Below are positions 1-9,676 of a stretch of DNA of 64,000 bases, piece after piece. The position numbers were made by a program, and so were the translations under genes. Where the stretch lies: contig CAZRVN010000004.1 of the NCBI GenBank assembly GCA_964603595.1, positions 148,678-212,677 on the forward strand, written 5' to 3'. The notes under the pieces were generated by a model. The model was given only the letters and a program-made list of their open reading frames with translations, was not told the origin of the DNA and did no database searches. Source of the DNA: an uncultured Actinomycetota bacterium (GTDB lineage Bacteria; Actinomycetota; Humimicrobiia; Humimicrobiales; Humimicrobiaceae). The stretch's first letter is position 1, and each line of letters starts with the position of its first letter.

Positions 1-813
<813 letters not shown>

Positions 814-979
814 TATCTTTCCTCCTTTTTAAATTAGTATATTTACACATATGTGCCGATTATAACAAGCACTCTCTTATATAGACTGCTGACCTTTAGC
901 AATAATATTATAACGAAATTAAAAAATCAAGAAAAAATTCAATGAAATTTTGTTCTTAAAATACAACTAAAAATCTTAG

Positions 980-1996
980 CTACATATCGCTCCTGGAGTA
1001 AACATCAACCTTAAAATTGTCAAACTCTTTTTCTAAAAACCTGTAATACCCGACACAGGCAACCATTGCTGCATTATCGGTACACAGGTAAAGAGGCGGG
1101 ATATGCACCTTTATATCATTCTCACCAGCTTTTTTTAAAAATTCCTTTCTGAGCTCGCTGTTAGCAGCAACGCCACCGCTGATAAGTATTTTTTCCACAC
1201 CAAACTTCTTTGCAGCTCTTATGGTTTTTTCAGTTAAAACTTCAACTACTGAACGCTGGAAGCTGGCAACAAGATTGGGAATATTTTCTTTTGAAATAAT
1301 CTCCTTAGATTTTTTTGTCCTGTAAATAAGGGCAGTCTTAAGCCCGCTGAAACTAAAATTAAAATCACCGCTGTCAATCATTGGCCTCGGTAAATCTATA
1401 TAATAAGGATTGCCTTCCTGCGACAGTTTATCTATAACAGGCCCTCCCGGGTAACCAAGATTTAAGTACCTGGCAATTTTATCATATGCTTCCCCTGCAG
1501 CATCGTCCACAGTATGGCCTATCTCTTTAATATTCCAGTCATCATCAACATGATACAGGCTGGAATGCCCCCCGGAAACAATAAGCCCTATAAAATTGCC
1601 TCCTATATCAGGATTTACCAGTATGTTGGAATAAATATGAGCTTCAAGATGATTAACAGCAATTAGCGGAATATTTTTTGAGTAACTAATGGCTTTGGCC
1701 GCTCCCATTCCCACCAGAAGTGACCCTATAAGGCCGGGCCTGTTCGTAACACTCACTGCATCAATCCGCCCAAAATCCACGCCGGCCTTCTCTATTGCTT
1801 CTTTTATGACTATATCTATTACTTCTATGTGTTTTCTTGACGCTACCTCGGGAACAATACCACCGTATTTACTATGAATCCCCTCCTGGGATGAAACTAC
1901 ATTGGAAAGCACAGTAGAGCCGTTTTTAACCACCGCGGCACAAGTATCGTCGCAAGAAGTTTCAATCCCAAGTATATGTATATCCTCTTTTACCAT
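980..1996 (-). CDS. tsaD: tRNA N6-adenosine threonylcarbamoyltransferase TsaD (Kae1/Gcp family)
   Basis: The 338-aa product carries the N-terminal LGIETSCDDT motif. The ASKHA-fold and metal-binding regions are conserved. It sits in an operon with tsaE and tsaB. Confidence 0.9.
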   Translation of the reverse strand: MVKEDIHILGIETSCDDTCAAVVKNGSTVLSNVVSSQEGIHSKYGGIVPEVASRKHIEVIDIVIKEAIEKAGVDFGRIDAVSVTNRPGLIGSLLVGMGAAKAISYSKNIPLIAVNHLEAHIYSNILVNPDIGGNFIGLIVSGGHSSLYHVDDDWNIKEIGHTVDDAAGEAYDKIARYLNLGYPGGPVIDKLSQEGNPYYIDLPRPMIDSGDFNFSFSGLKTALIYRTKKSKEIISKENIPNLVASFQRSVVEVLTEKTIRAAKKFGVEKILISGGVAANSELRKEFLKKAGENDIKVHIPPLYLCTDNAAMVACVGYYRFLEKEFDNFKVDVYSRSDM

Positions 1997-2225
1997 ATTA
2001 TTCTTTGCTGCCTTCTCTTATATTCATATCACAGCTTTCTATCAATACTTTGTTATGCTGCCTTAGATTTACTTATGTTTTTAATCCTTTTGCTTTTTTA
2101 TTTTCTTTCTTACTTTATTCTTTACAATTTTCCTGTTTATTCCATTAGTTTGCCTTCTGTATTTGCCTGTTATTTATATGCTATCTTATAGGCCCTCTTC
2201 CCGGGGCTGCCTTATGCCCTCTCCC

Positions 2226-3056
2226 TTATTTCGCACCTCCAAAAGGTATAAATTCCCTGACATACACAGGAATAAGATTTTTTGTTGCTACCTTCCTTAC
2301 CGCATTGTAATATGCACAAACATTTAAGTACCCTGCCCGGGGGTAAAATGTTTTTCTATCAAGAATAAATGTTTTGCTACTGCTGGCTATACCAGAGAGC
2401 ACTTTCCCGTAACTTAAGTAACAGTTCCCCCCTATAAGTATTTTTAAATCTCCGCTTCCGGCAGAGTCCGCCTGATTTTTTAAAATTTCATCTTCAACCA
2501 CTCTGCTTAAAAGACTTTTAAGGTCATCATACCGGGCCAAGAAACTTTTACCCCACTTTTTTATAAAAAAATGCCCCCTTTTTAATCTAACTTCAGCAAG
2601 ATATTTATTATTATTGCTACCGATTTCCTGCGTAAGTTCGTAGAAAGAAAAATAAACTTCCTCTTTCCTTACATCAAGGCAGGACATCACCATAAAAGGT
2701 TTATTCTTCTTAAGACAATTTATAATATAACCGCTATTTACCAGGCACATGCCCAGGGCATGCGAATCAAGCGAATTTATGCAGTAAGCCGGCTTTGATT
2801 CCAGCCAGGACAGCATCTTTATCACGCTAACCCCTATCCTTGTTCCCGTAAAATCCCCGGGGCCTGCATTCACCCCGAAAACATCTATTTCCTTTAAGGT
2901 AAGTTTTGCTCTGGATAGAGCGCCGTCAACCATCCCTATTATATTTACCATATGTCTTGATTTGCTCTTATCATTTACCTCCGAAAGCAATTTATTATCA
3001 CAGCTAACCGCCGCGCTTAAAAATTTGGTGCTGCTGTCAATGCTTAAAATATTCAT
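2226..3056 (-). CDS. tsaB: tRNA threonylcarbamoyladenosine biosynthesis protein TsaB (YeaZ-like)
   Basis: The 276-aa product starts MNILSIDSST...DVFGVNAGPGDFTGTRIGVSV, the inactive Kae1 paralog fold. It lies between tsaE and tsaD. It is somewhat longer than the typical TsaB. Confidence 0.75.
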   Translation of the reverse strand: MNILSIDSSTKFLSAAVSCDNKLLSEVNDKSKSRHMVNIIGMVDGALSRAKLTLKEIDVFGVNAGPGDFTGTRIGVSVIKMLSWLESKPAYCINSLDSHALGMCLVNSGYIINCLKKNKPFMVMSCLDVRKEEVYFSFYELTQEIGSNNNKYLAEVRLKRGHFFIKKWGKSFLARYDDLKSLLSRVVEDEILKNQADSAGSGDLKILIGGNCYLSYGKVLSGIASSSKTFILDRKTFYPRAGYLNVCAYYNAVRKVATKNLIPVYVREFIPFGGAK

Positions 3057-3104
3057 AACGCTACCTTTAAAGATTAACCCATAATAACAGAGATAATATT
3101 ATTT

Positions 3105-3599
3105 CTACTTATTTAGTATACTTTTAAATTCTTCCAGTTTCCCATCCCAGTACTTCCCCGAGCTTTTAAAAATAATCTTTCTTTTATTTCCTGAATTTTC
3201 ATCATCCATAATATAGCTCAGGTCCACTTCCAGAAATTCTTTTTTTATATATTCCTTTATCTTATCTCCCCATTCCACACAGATAATCGAAGTATCTTTA
3301 TAGAAGTAATCGTCAAGGCCAATCCCTTCTATCTCATCAATATTTTCCAACCTGTACAAGTCAACATGCACAAGCTCTCTGCGGCTGCTAATCACATACT
3401 CGTTAAGTATGGTAAAACTGGGACTGGAAACCTTTCCCACAAGGCCTAAACCCTCCGCAATCCCGGTTATAAAGGTTGTTTTGCCGCCACCAAGTTCACC
3501 GGTAAAAAGGATAATATCCCCTCTTGAAATAACCCTGGAGAAGGTCTTGCCTAAACCATTTGTGAAGAAAGGAGAATTTGAAATAACCTTAATTTGCAT
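3105..3599 (-). CDS. tsaE: tRNA t6A biosynthesis ATPase TsaE (YjeE)
   Basis: The 164-aa product has a P-loop GELGGGKTTF, and the tsaE-tsaB-tsaD gene order is preserved. Confidence 0.85.
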   Translation of the reverse strand: MQIKVISNSPFFTNGLGKTFSRVISRGDIILFTGELGGGKTTFITGIAEGLGLVGKVSSPSFTILNEYVISSRRELVHVDLYRLENIDEIEGIGLDDYFYKDTSIICVEWGDKIKEYIKKEFLEVDLSYIMDDENSGNKRKIIFKSSGKYWDGKLEEFKSILNK

Positions 3600-3600
3600 A

Positions 3601-4254
3601 TTAAAAGAGCCCTAACTGTTCGCCACTATTCTCTTTGCCCCCAGCTTCAATATTTAATAAATCTTCCTGGAAGCTTTCTATATTTCCATTAGAGTCAACC
3701 AGCTTTTTTACTTTCTGAAAGTCCTGTTTTAAAATTTCCATCCTTGAAGGAGCATATAACGCAGCTGCAGGGTGGTTTATAGGCATAATAAGACGGTTAT
3801 TAACTTTAAATATCTTCCCCCTGAGGCCCGTAATCCCCTTACTTGTATTAAGCAGTACCTGTGTGGAAAATTTACCCATAGTACATATTATTTTAGGGTC
3901 AATTATTTCTATCTGCTGGAGCAGATACTCTTTGCAGCTTTCAATTTCTTCTGCCCTCGGGTCCCTGTTTCCAGGAGGCCTGCATTTCAATACATTTGCT
4001 ATAAAGACTTCATTTCTGCTGGATCCAATAGAATCAAGAAGTTCATCAAGTATCTTTCCTGCCTGGCCAACGAAAGGCAGCCCCTGCAGGTCTTCGTTTT
4101 TGCCAGGAGCTTCTCCTACAAGCATAATTTCGGCATAGGCACTTCCGCCCCCAAAAACAAATTTTGTCCTGGTTTTTGAAAGCTCACACCTGGTACAATC
4201 TTTAATCTTTAAGTAAAAATCTTTAAGTTTCTCTCTCTTATTATATTCTTCCAT
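3601..4254 (-). CDS. Uracil-DNA glycosylase, family 4 (4Fe-4S type)
   Basis: The 217-aa product contains CTRCELS...GEAPG...FVGQAGKILD...HP motifs. These are typical of family-4 UDG and SPO1-polymerase-related proteins. Confidence 0.8.
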   Translation of the reverse strand: MEEYNKREKLKDFYLKIKDCTRCELSKTRTKFVFGGGSAYAEIMLVGEAPGKNEDLQGLPFVGQAGKILDELLDSIGSSRNEVFIANVLKCRPPGNRDPRAEEIESCKEYLLQQIEIIDPKIICTMGKFSTQVLLNTSKGITGLRGKIFKVNNRLIMPINHPAAALYAPSRMEILKQDFQKVKKLVDSNGNIESFQEDLLNIEAGGKENSGEQLGLF

Positions 4255-4409
4255 ATTTTTTAATACCGCCTAAATTACTTAATATTTATTTATAACTCAT
4301 AATATTACATACTTCAATATTTATACATCCTCATTTACAAAATCTTAAAATTCTTCTATTATTAATTTAATAATTAGACAAGGCACTAACTATATAGAAA
4401 AGGACACAT

Positions 4410-4820
4410 ATGAAAACTAAAGTAACAATTTTTTCCCTAATTATAGCACTCAGCTTTGCATTGTTTACAGCAGGTTGCACTCCCAGTCCTTTTGAGATTG
4501 AAGAAGTAGTTACTTGCAAAAATGTAGATAGTGAATACAAGCCCTTAGGGCCCACAACTGTCTTCCCGTCAGGAACTGATATTATATGGGCATCAGTTAA
4601 AATCAAAAATATGACCACCGAAGATAAAATAACCACCAAGTGGAATTATCTGGAAACAAAGGATTTAATTAATTCAACTGATTTTACCACAGATAAAGCT
4701 GGTTCGGGTTATGTCGGTTTCAGTCTGACCATGGAAAGCGGTTTTCCTGAAGGAAGATACAATGTAGTAATTTTCCTTAACGATGAACAAACAGAGACCG
4801 TAGAATTTTCTATAGAGTAA
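4410..4820 (+). CDS. Small lipoprotein of unknown function
   Basis: It has a signal peptide with an LFTAGC lipobox, and a hydrophilic mature domain follows. Confidence 0.5.
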   Translation: MKTKVTIFSLIIALSFALFTAGCTPSPFEIEEVVTCKNVDSEYKPLGPTTVFPSGTDIIWASVKIKNMTTEDKITTKWNYLETKDLINSTDFTTDKAGSGYVGFSLTMESGFPEGRYNVVIFLNDEQTETVEFSIE

Positions 4821-4938
4821 GTGACTTAGTCAATATTTAGAGTTTTTATTTTATCGCCCTCAACCTGCCACTTGCCCTGGTATGGATAGTTATATTATTC
4901 TTTTAACTTTTTATTTTTTAAAATTCTTTACAATTATA

Positions 4939-6315
4939 CTATATTCCCGCAAATTTTTTTGCTATCGCCTCCGCAATGAATGCTACAGCAAACAGCGCGC
5001 TCACTATAATCATCAGCGGATGAAGGTCTTTAAATTTACCCCTGAATAATTTTATCAAAGTATAACTAATAAAACCAAACCCAATTCCATAAGATATACT
5101 GTATGTGAACGGCATTATAATTATGGTTAAAAATGCTGGTATTCCTACTTCGTAGTCCTTAAAATCAATTTTATTCATAACTGACATCATTAAGAAACCA
5201 ACTACAATCAACGCCGATGAGGTAACAGGATATTTAAAAACCCCATCCGCTATTTCTATTCCTCCACCAATAACAGCAATCAGGGGAGAGAAAAATATAG
5301 AAATAATAAAAAGGAAGCCAGTCACAGTAGGCATTATTCCTGTCCTTCCGCCGTCGGATACTCCTGATGCACTCTCAATATAGGTTGTTATCGAGCTGGC
5401 ACCAAATAAGCCACCGGCTACTGCTGCAAGGGAGTCTACTAAAAGAACACTCTTTAAATTAGGAAGGCTTCCTTTTTTATCAAGCAGTCCTGCTTCTCCG
5501 CCTACGCCTATGACTGTACCCATAGTGTCAAAAAAGTCAGTCATAAACAATGCAAAGATCATTACCAATGCAGCTATATTCAGCATTCCTTTGCTCCATA
5601 CCGCACCAACCACATCTGCTTTAAAAAAGGTGCTAAAATTTTCAATCGCAGGGATCTTTATAATTTCTTTAGGAATGGATATTATCCTGAATATCATACC
5701 TGCGGCCGCTGTCCCAATTATTCCCAGCAAAATCCCGCCTCTTATCCTGAAAGCAACAAGAATTGATGTAAGCACCAGCCCAAAAGCTGCCAGCTGGGTA
5801 TAACTTGCAGTAAAATCACCAAGAGTTACCACGGTGGAAGAACTAGCGACAACAAAACCTGCCTCCTGGGCTCCAATAAATGCAATGAAAAGCCCTATTC
5901 CAACTCCAATCGCATACTTTAGACCCATTGGTATCGCCCTCATTATCATGCTGCGCAGGCCTGTCAGCACCATAACCGTAACAACAAGCCCTTCAATAAC
6001 CACTACCCCCATCGCCTGCTGCCAGCTAAGACCAAGCCCATAAATAATAGTTAAGACAACTACTGCGTTTATGCCCATTCCTGAAGCAAGCGCAAAAGGA
6101 GTATTTGTTATGACGCCCATTAATACACTCATAAGCCCCGCACCAATACACGTTGCATAAACTGCAGCCTCAAAAGGAATTCCCGTTTCGCCACCCTGTG
6201 ATAGTATTGCCGGATTTACGAATATAATATAAGCCATGGTCATAAAAGTTGTAATCCCAGCAACAACTTCTGTCCTGATATTCGTATTCCTCTCTTTTAA
6301 TTTGAAATAGTCCAA
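4939..6315 (-). CDS. NCS2/AzgA-family purine (guanine/hypoxanthine/adenine) permease
   Basis: The 458-aa polytopic membrane protein has an N-terminus (...RTEVVAGITTFMTMAYIIFVNPAILS...) and overall architecture typical of the PbuG/AzgA family. Confidence 0.8.
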   Translation of the reverse strand: MDYFKLKERNTNIRTEVVAGITTFMTMAYIIFVNPAILSQGGETGIPFEAAVYATCIGAGLMSVLMGVITNTPFALASGMGINAVVVLTIIYGLGLSWQQAMGVVVIEGLVVTVMVLTGLRSMIMRAIPMGLKYAIGVGIGLFIAFIGAQEAGFVVASSSTVVTLGDFTASYTQLAAFGLVLTSILVAFRIRGGILLGIIGTAAAGMIFRIISIPKEIIKIPAIENFSTFFKADVVGAVWSKGMLNIAALVMIFALFMTDFFDTMGTVIGVGGEAGLLDKKGSLPNLKSVLLVDSLAAVAGGLFGASSITTYIESASGVSDGGRTGIMPTVTGFLFIISIFFSPLIAVIGGGIEIADGVFKYPVTSSALIVVGFLMMSVMNKIDFKDYEVGIPAFLTIIIMPFTYSISYGIGFGFISYTLIKLFRGKFKDLHPLMIIVSALFAVAFIAEAIAKKFAGI

Positions 6316-6359
6316 ACTACACCTCCCTGCCTGTCTTTATATTAATTAATAATTAAATA

Positions 6360-6746
6360 TTAGTAAAAATCCTTAAAATCAACCCACTTGCTTTTTTTAT
6401 CAAGTTTTCTTATTTTTATTTCTTTTAATATTAAATTTTCTATTTCATTTTCATTTATTGGAGAGCCTATATCTTTCCCTAAAATATAGACATTTATCTT
6501 TTTTCTTTTAGCTCTACTTACAATATCTGATAAATTAGAAATTTTTCTGCTTATAATAACCATATCAATTCTTTCATATTCCAAAATAAAATTTACAGCA
6601 AAACTGCTATTTAAATTTATAAATTTAAATTTTTTGAATAAATTTTGAACTCTCTTAAATGTTTTAGTATCCCTATCTGCTAATATGATATTAAAAGAAT
6701 TAATATATTTACTTATTTTATCATTTATATTAGTATATATATCCAA
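6360..6746 (-). CDS. Hypothetical protein in a very AT-rich patch
   Basis: 128-aa ORF with no recognisable motifs. The local composition is visibly more AT-rich than the flanking housekeeping genes. Confidence 0.35.
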   Translation of the reverse strand: MDIYTNINDKISKYINSFNIILADRDTKTFKRVQNLFKKFKFINLNSSFAVNFILEYERIDMVIISRKISNLSDIVSRAKRKKINVYILGKDIGSPINENEIENLILKEIKIRKLDKKSKWVDFKDFY

Positions 6747-6892
6747 TAGTGCTTTTGTATATATGTATAATTTAAAGAAATTTGTTTTAGTAGGATAAAA
6801 TATATTATTAACTATGTCAATACTATTTCTATACCTATTATATACTATAATATTATATAAATATATTATTTAATATTTAATCACATTTAAAT

Positions 6893-7258
6893 TTGAATTT
6901 AAATGTACGATTAAAATACCTACAGGAAATGAGCCTTATGGAACAAATAATTGGAATTACAAATGCCAGAAACAATATCAAAGAAATTGTAGATGCTATA
7001 TCTGATAAAAATGAAACTTATATCGTCACAAGAGACTGTATCCCCGAAGCTGTAATAATCTCATACAAGAAATACATGGAAAATAAGAAGCTTCTTGAAA
7101 AGATTGTAGAACTTCAATATGAAAAATCAATGAAAAAATCACAGAGCCAATTTAAAGAATGGCTACAGCAAAAAGGATTTAGTATTAATAATCTATCCGA
7201 AGAAGAAATTGATGAGATGATTAAAAACTTACATATTAATAGTATTAACAAACATTAA
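6893..7258 (+). CDS. Phd/YefM-family type II antitoxin-like protein. The true start is probably the ATG at 6938.
   Basis: The core IIGITNARNNIKEIVDAISDKNETYIVTRDCIPEAVIISYKKYMENKKLLE matches the Phd/YefM N-terminal fold. An AGGAAA RBS precedes the ATG at 6938. No toxin ORF follows it. Confidence 0.6.
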   Translation: MNLNVRLKYLQEMSLMEQIIGITNARNNIKEIVDAISDKNETYIVTRDCIPEAVIISYKKYMENKKLLEKIVELQYEKSMKKSQSQFKEWLQQKGFSINNLSEEEIDEMIKNLHINSINKH

Positions 7259-7498
7259 GATAAAACTTCAGAATTATTAATTAATAGAAATAACCTAAAA
7301 ATGATAGGGCATAAGCATTAAGCTTATGTGCCTGCCCCAGAAATGCAGTCTTAATTTAGCAATTTTTAACCTATATATCAATAACTACCAATTACACCCA
7401 ATTAACTTTAAATTATAAAATTCTATAACCTAACAATATATATTATCTATTAATATCTAAAGTAACCAAACTATATTGCTTTTACCTTAACGGGCTTT

Positions 7499-8530
7499 TT
7501 ATTTAAAAAGCTTTGATATTTCGTAAAGCTCTTTATCCAGAGGTTTTTCTTCCTTTATGGCTTTCTCCAGTGAAACAGACTTTATTACTCCATTTTCCAT
7601 AACTACCATCTCTCCGAATCTACCCTCATGGACAAGATCAACTGCCTTTACTCCCAATCTTGTAGCAACTATCCTATCAAAAGCAGTCGGCCTTCCGCCT
7701 CTCTGCAAGTGTCCCAGTATGGTTACCCTGGTACTATAGCCAGTCCTTTTCTCAATCTCCCTGGCAATAACATTACCCACACCGCCAAGTCTTACATGGC
7801 CAAAACTGTCAATCTCCTCTGAAGATGCTACCTGGCCTTCAACCTCAGCCGGCTTTGCTCCTTCCGCTACTGCAATTATACTGAAGTCCTTACCTCTCTC
7901 TCTTCTGCTCTCAATAGTATTCACTATGTCATCATAATCGAAAGGAACCTCCGGAATTAATATAACATCCGCACCCCCGGCAATACCTCCGTTTAGCGCC
8001 AGGCAGCCGGAATCTCTTCCCATAACTTCTACTATCATTATCCTGTGATGCGAAGATGCAGTGGTGTGAAGCTTGTCAATGCATCCGGTAACAACTTCCA
8101 GCGCCGTATCATAACCTATGGAATAATCAGAATGTGCAATGTCATTATCAATAGTCTGGGGTATCCCTACTCCCTTTATTCCATACTGAGTTAAACGTGT
8201 TATAACTCCATTGGTATCATCCCCGCCTATTGTTATTACCGCATCAAGCTCAAGCTTTTTTATATTTTCTTTAACCTTTTCAACTCCATTTTCTACTTTA
8301 AATGGGTTAGTCCTGGATGTTCCCAGTATAGTGCCGCCTTCAGAAAGAATTCCTGAAACTGATTCTCTACACAACTCTTCCGCACTTCCTTTAATAAGAC
8401 CTTCCCATCCGTTTTTAATTCCTATTATCTTATATCCATACTGTGATGCCCTCATAAAAATAGCCCTTATGGCTGCGTTTATTGCTGATGAATCTCCCCC
8501 ACCGGTTAGAATCCCAATATTTTTTACCAT
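7499..8530 (-). CDS. pfkA: 6-phosphofructokinase, with its start placed at the internal Met at 8530. A GGDD variant in the active site may mean it is PPi-dependent or atypical.
   Basis: The product reads MVKNIGILTGGGDSSAINAAIRA...TIGGDDTNG...GIPQTIDND...MGRDSGCLAL...GHLQRGG, the PFK_A family catalytic motifs. A GGAAAGGGA RBS precedes the Met at 8530. The track ORF extends to 8599. Confidence 0.85.
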   Translation of the reverse strand: MVKNIGILTGGGDSSAINAAIRAIFMRASQYGYKIIGIKNGWEGLIKGSAEELCRESVSGILSEGGTILGTSRTNPFKVENGVEKVKENIKKLELDAVITIGGDDTNGVITRLTQYGIKGVGIPQTIDNDIAHSDYSIGYDTALEVVTGCIDKLHTTASSHHRIMIVEVMGRDSGCLALNGGIAGGADVILIPEVPFDYDDIVNTIESRRERGKDFSIIAVAEGAKPAEVEGQVASSEEIDSFGHVRLGGVGNVIAREIEKRTGYSTRVTILGHLQRGGRPTAFDRIVATRLGVKAVDLVHEGRFGEMVVMENGVIKSVSLEKAIKEEKPLDKELYEISKLFK

Positions 8531-8699
8531 TTTAAATCCCTTTCCACCATTAATTAATTTTAAATAACTTTTTATATATAAAAAATCTATCTTTATCAAT
8601 TAAAAACAATCAAGCCAGCCTCACTCAGCATCCTGCAAACCGAACATAACTCTAGTTACAAAGATATCAAAAAACCACATAAAAACAATAAAAAATAAA

Positions 8700-9662
8700 T
8701 ACCTATCAAATTTAAAATTAGGCAATTATCCCTTGACATCACGTATATAATCTGGTATGATTATAGCATGATGAAAGATAAATTTACAATAAAAGACTTC
8801 AACAAAATGTATCCAGACGACAATGCTTGTCTTGATGAAATCTTTAACAATCGTTATGGTCATTTAAAATCATGTCCTTCCTGTAAAAAGAAAACTAATT
8901 TCTATAGAATAGAAAACCGTAAGGTCTATTCCTGTCAATACTGCGGTTATCAGATTAGCCCATTAGCCGATACCATATTTCATAAATCCTCTACTAGTTT
9001 AAAAGATTGGTTCTATTCTATCTATCTATTCTCTGTATCTAAAAATGGTGTTTCTGCTAAAGAGTTGGAACGTCAACTCGGAGTTACCTATAAATGTGCT
9101 TGGAGAATAGCCAAACAGATAAGACAACTGTTCAAACAGAATAAGGATTTATTGTCAGACATCATTGAGATTGACGAGACATATATCGGTGGTAAGCATA
9201 AAGGCAAAAGAGGTCGTGGCTCTGAAAATAAGACTCCGGTTGTGGGTTTAGCTCAACGAAAAGGGAACCTTAAAGCCAAAGTAGTTTCTAATACCAATTC
9301 CTATACCGTCCAGAATATAATGAGAGATAGTGTCCAACTTGGCTCAAATATTATGACTGATGAATATAGAAGCTATAATGTAGTAAGAAAATTAGGCTTC
9401 AATCATCAAACAGTCAGTCATTTCAAAGAACAATGGGCTAACGGTATAGCACACACCAACACAATCGAGGGCTTCTGGTCTCAACTAAAAAGGTCAATCA
9501 ATGGTACTTATCACTGTGTTTCCCCGAAGTATCTTCAGTCTTATGTTGACGAGTTTGTCTATCGCTATAATAATCGTCTTTCCCCTTTCCCGATTTTTCT
9601 AAGTCTGGTCTTATCGGCTGGGAAGCACGTTTAATTATCAATTTAAATTGCTTTTTATCTAC
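8700..9662 (+). mobile_element. IS1595-family insertion sequence with approximate boundaries. The terminal inverted repeats were not resolved.
   Basis: It is a single-transposase IS and is AT-rich. A TTGACA-N17-TATAAT promoter lies just upstream of the transposase ATG. Palindromic AATTTAAATT motifs sit near both flanks. I could not assign the ends confidently. Confidence 0.4.
8768..9634 (+). CDS. IS1595-family transposase, with an N-terminal zinc ribbon and a DDE domain
   Basis: CPSCKKK...CQYCG zinc-ribbon motifs are present. The IEIDETYIGGKHKGKRGRG...TDEYRSYN...GIAHTNTIEGFWSQLKR stretch matches the DDE_Tnp_IS1595 pattern. Confidence 0.8.
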   Translation: MMKDKFTIKDFNKMYPDDNACLDEIFNNRYGHLKSCPSCKKKTNFYRIENRKVYSCQYCGYQISPLADTIFHKSSTSLKDWFYSIYLFSVSKNGVSAKELERQLGVTYKCAWRIAKQIRQLFKQNKDLLSDIIEIDETYIGGKHKGKRGRGSENKTPVVGLAQRKGNLKAKVVSNTNSYTVQNIMRDSVQLGSNIMTDEYRSYNVVRKLGFNHQTVSHFKEQWANGIAHTNTIEGFWSQLKRSINGTYHCVSPKYLQSYVDEFVYRYNNRLSPFPIFLSLVLSAGKHV

Positions 9663-9676
9663 CATTTTTCTTATAT

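Noticed and set aside
1976-2191. 71-aa ORF in the tsaB-tsaD intergenic region
   Set aside because: Its translation is low-complexity and Leu/Tyr/Phe-rich (MYILFYHIILCCLLLYSY...). There is no RBS. It is compositional noise from an AT/pyrimidine-rich spacer.
8700-8767. Terminal inverted repeats of the IS1595 element
   Set aside because: Only short palindromic AATTTAAATT motifs were found near both flanks. I could not define bona fide IRs or target-site duplications by eye, so the boundaries remain approximate.
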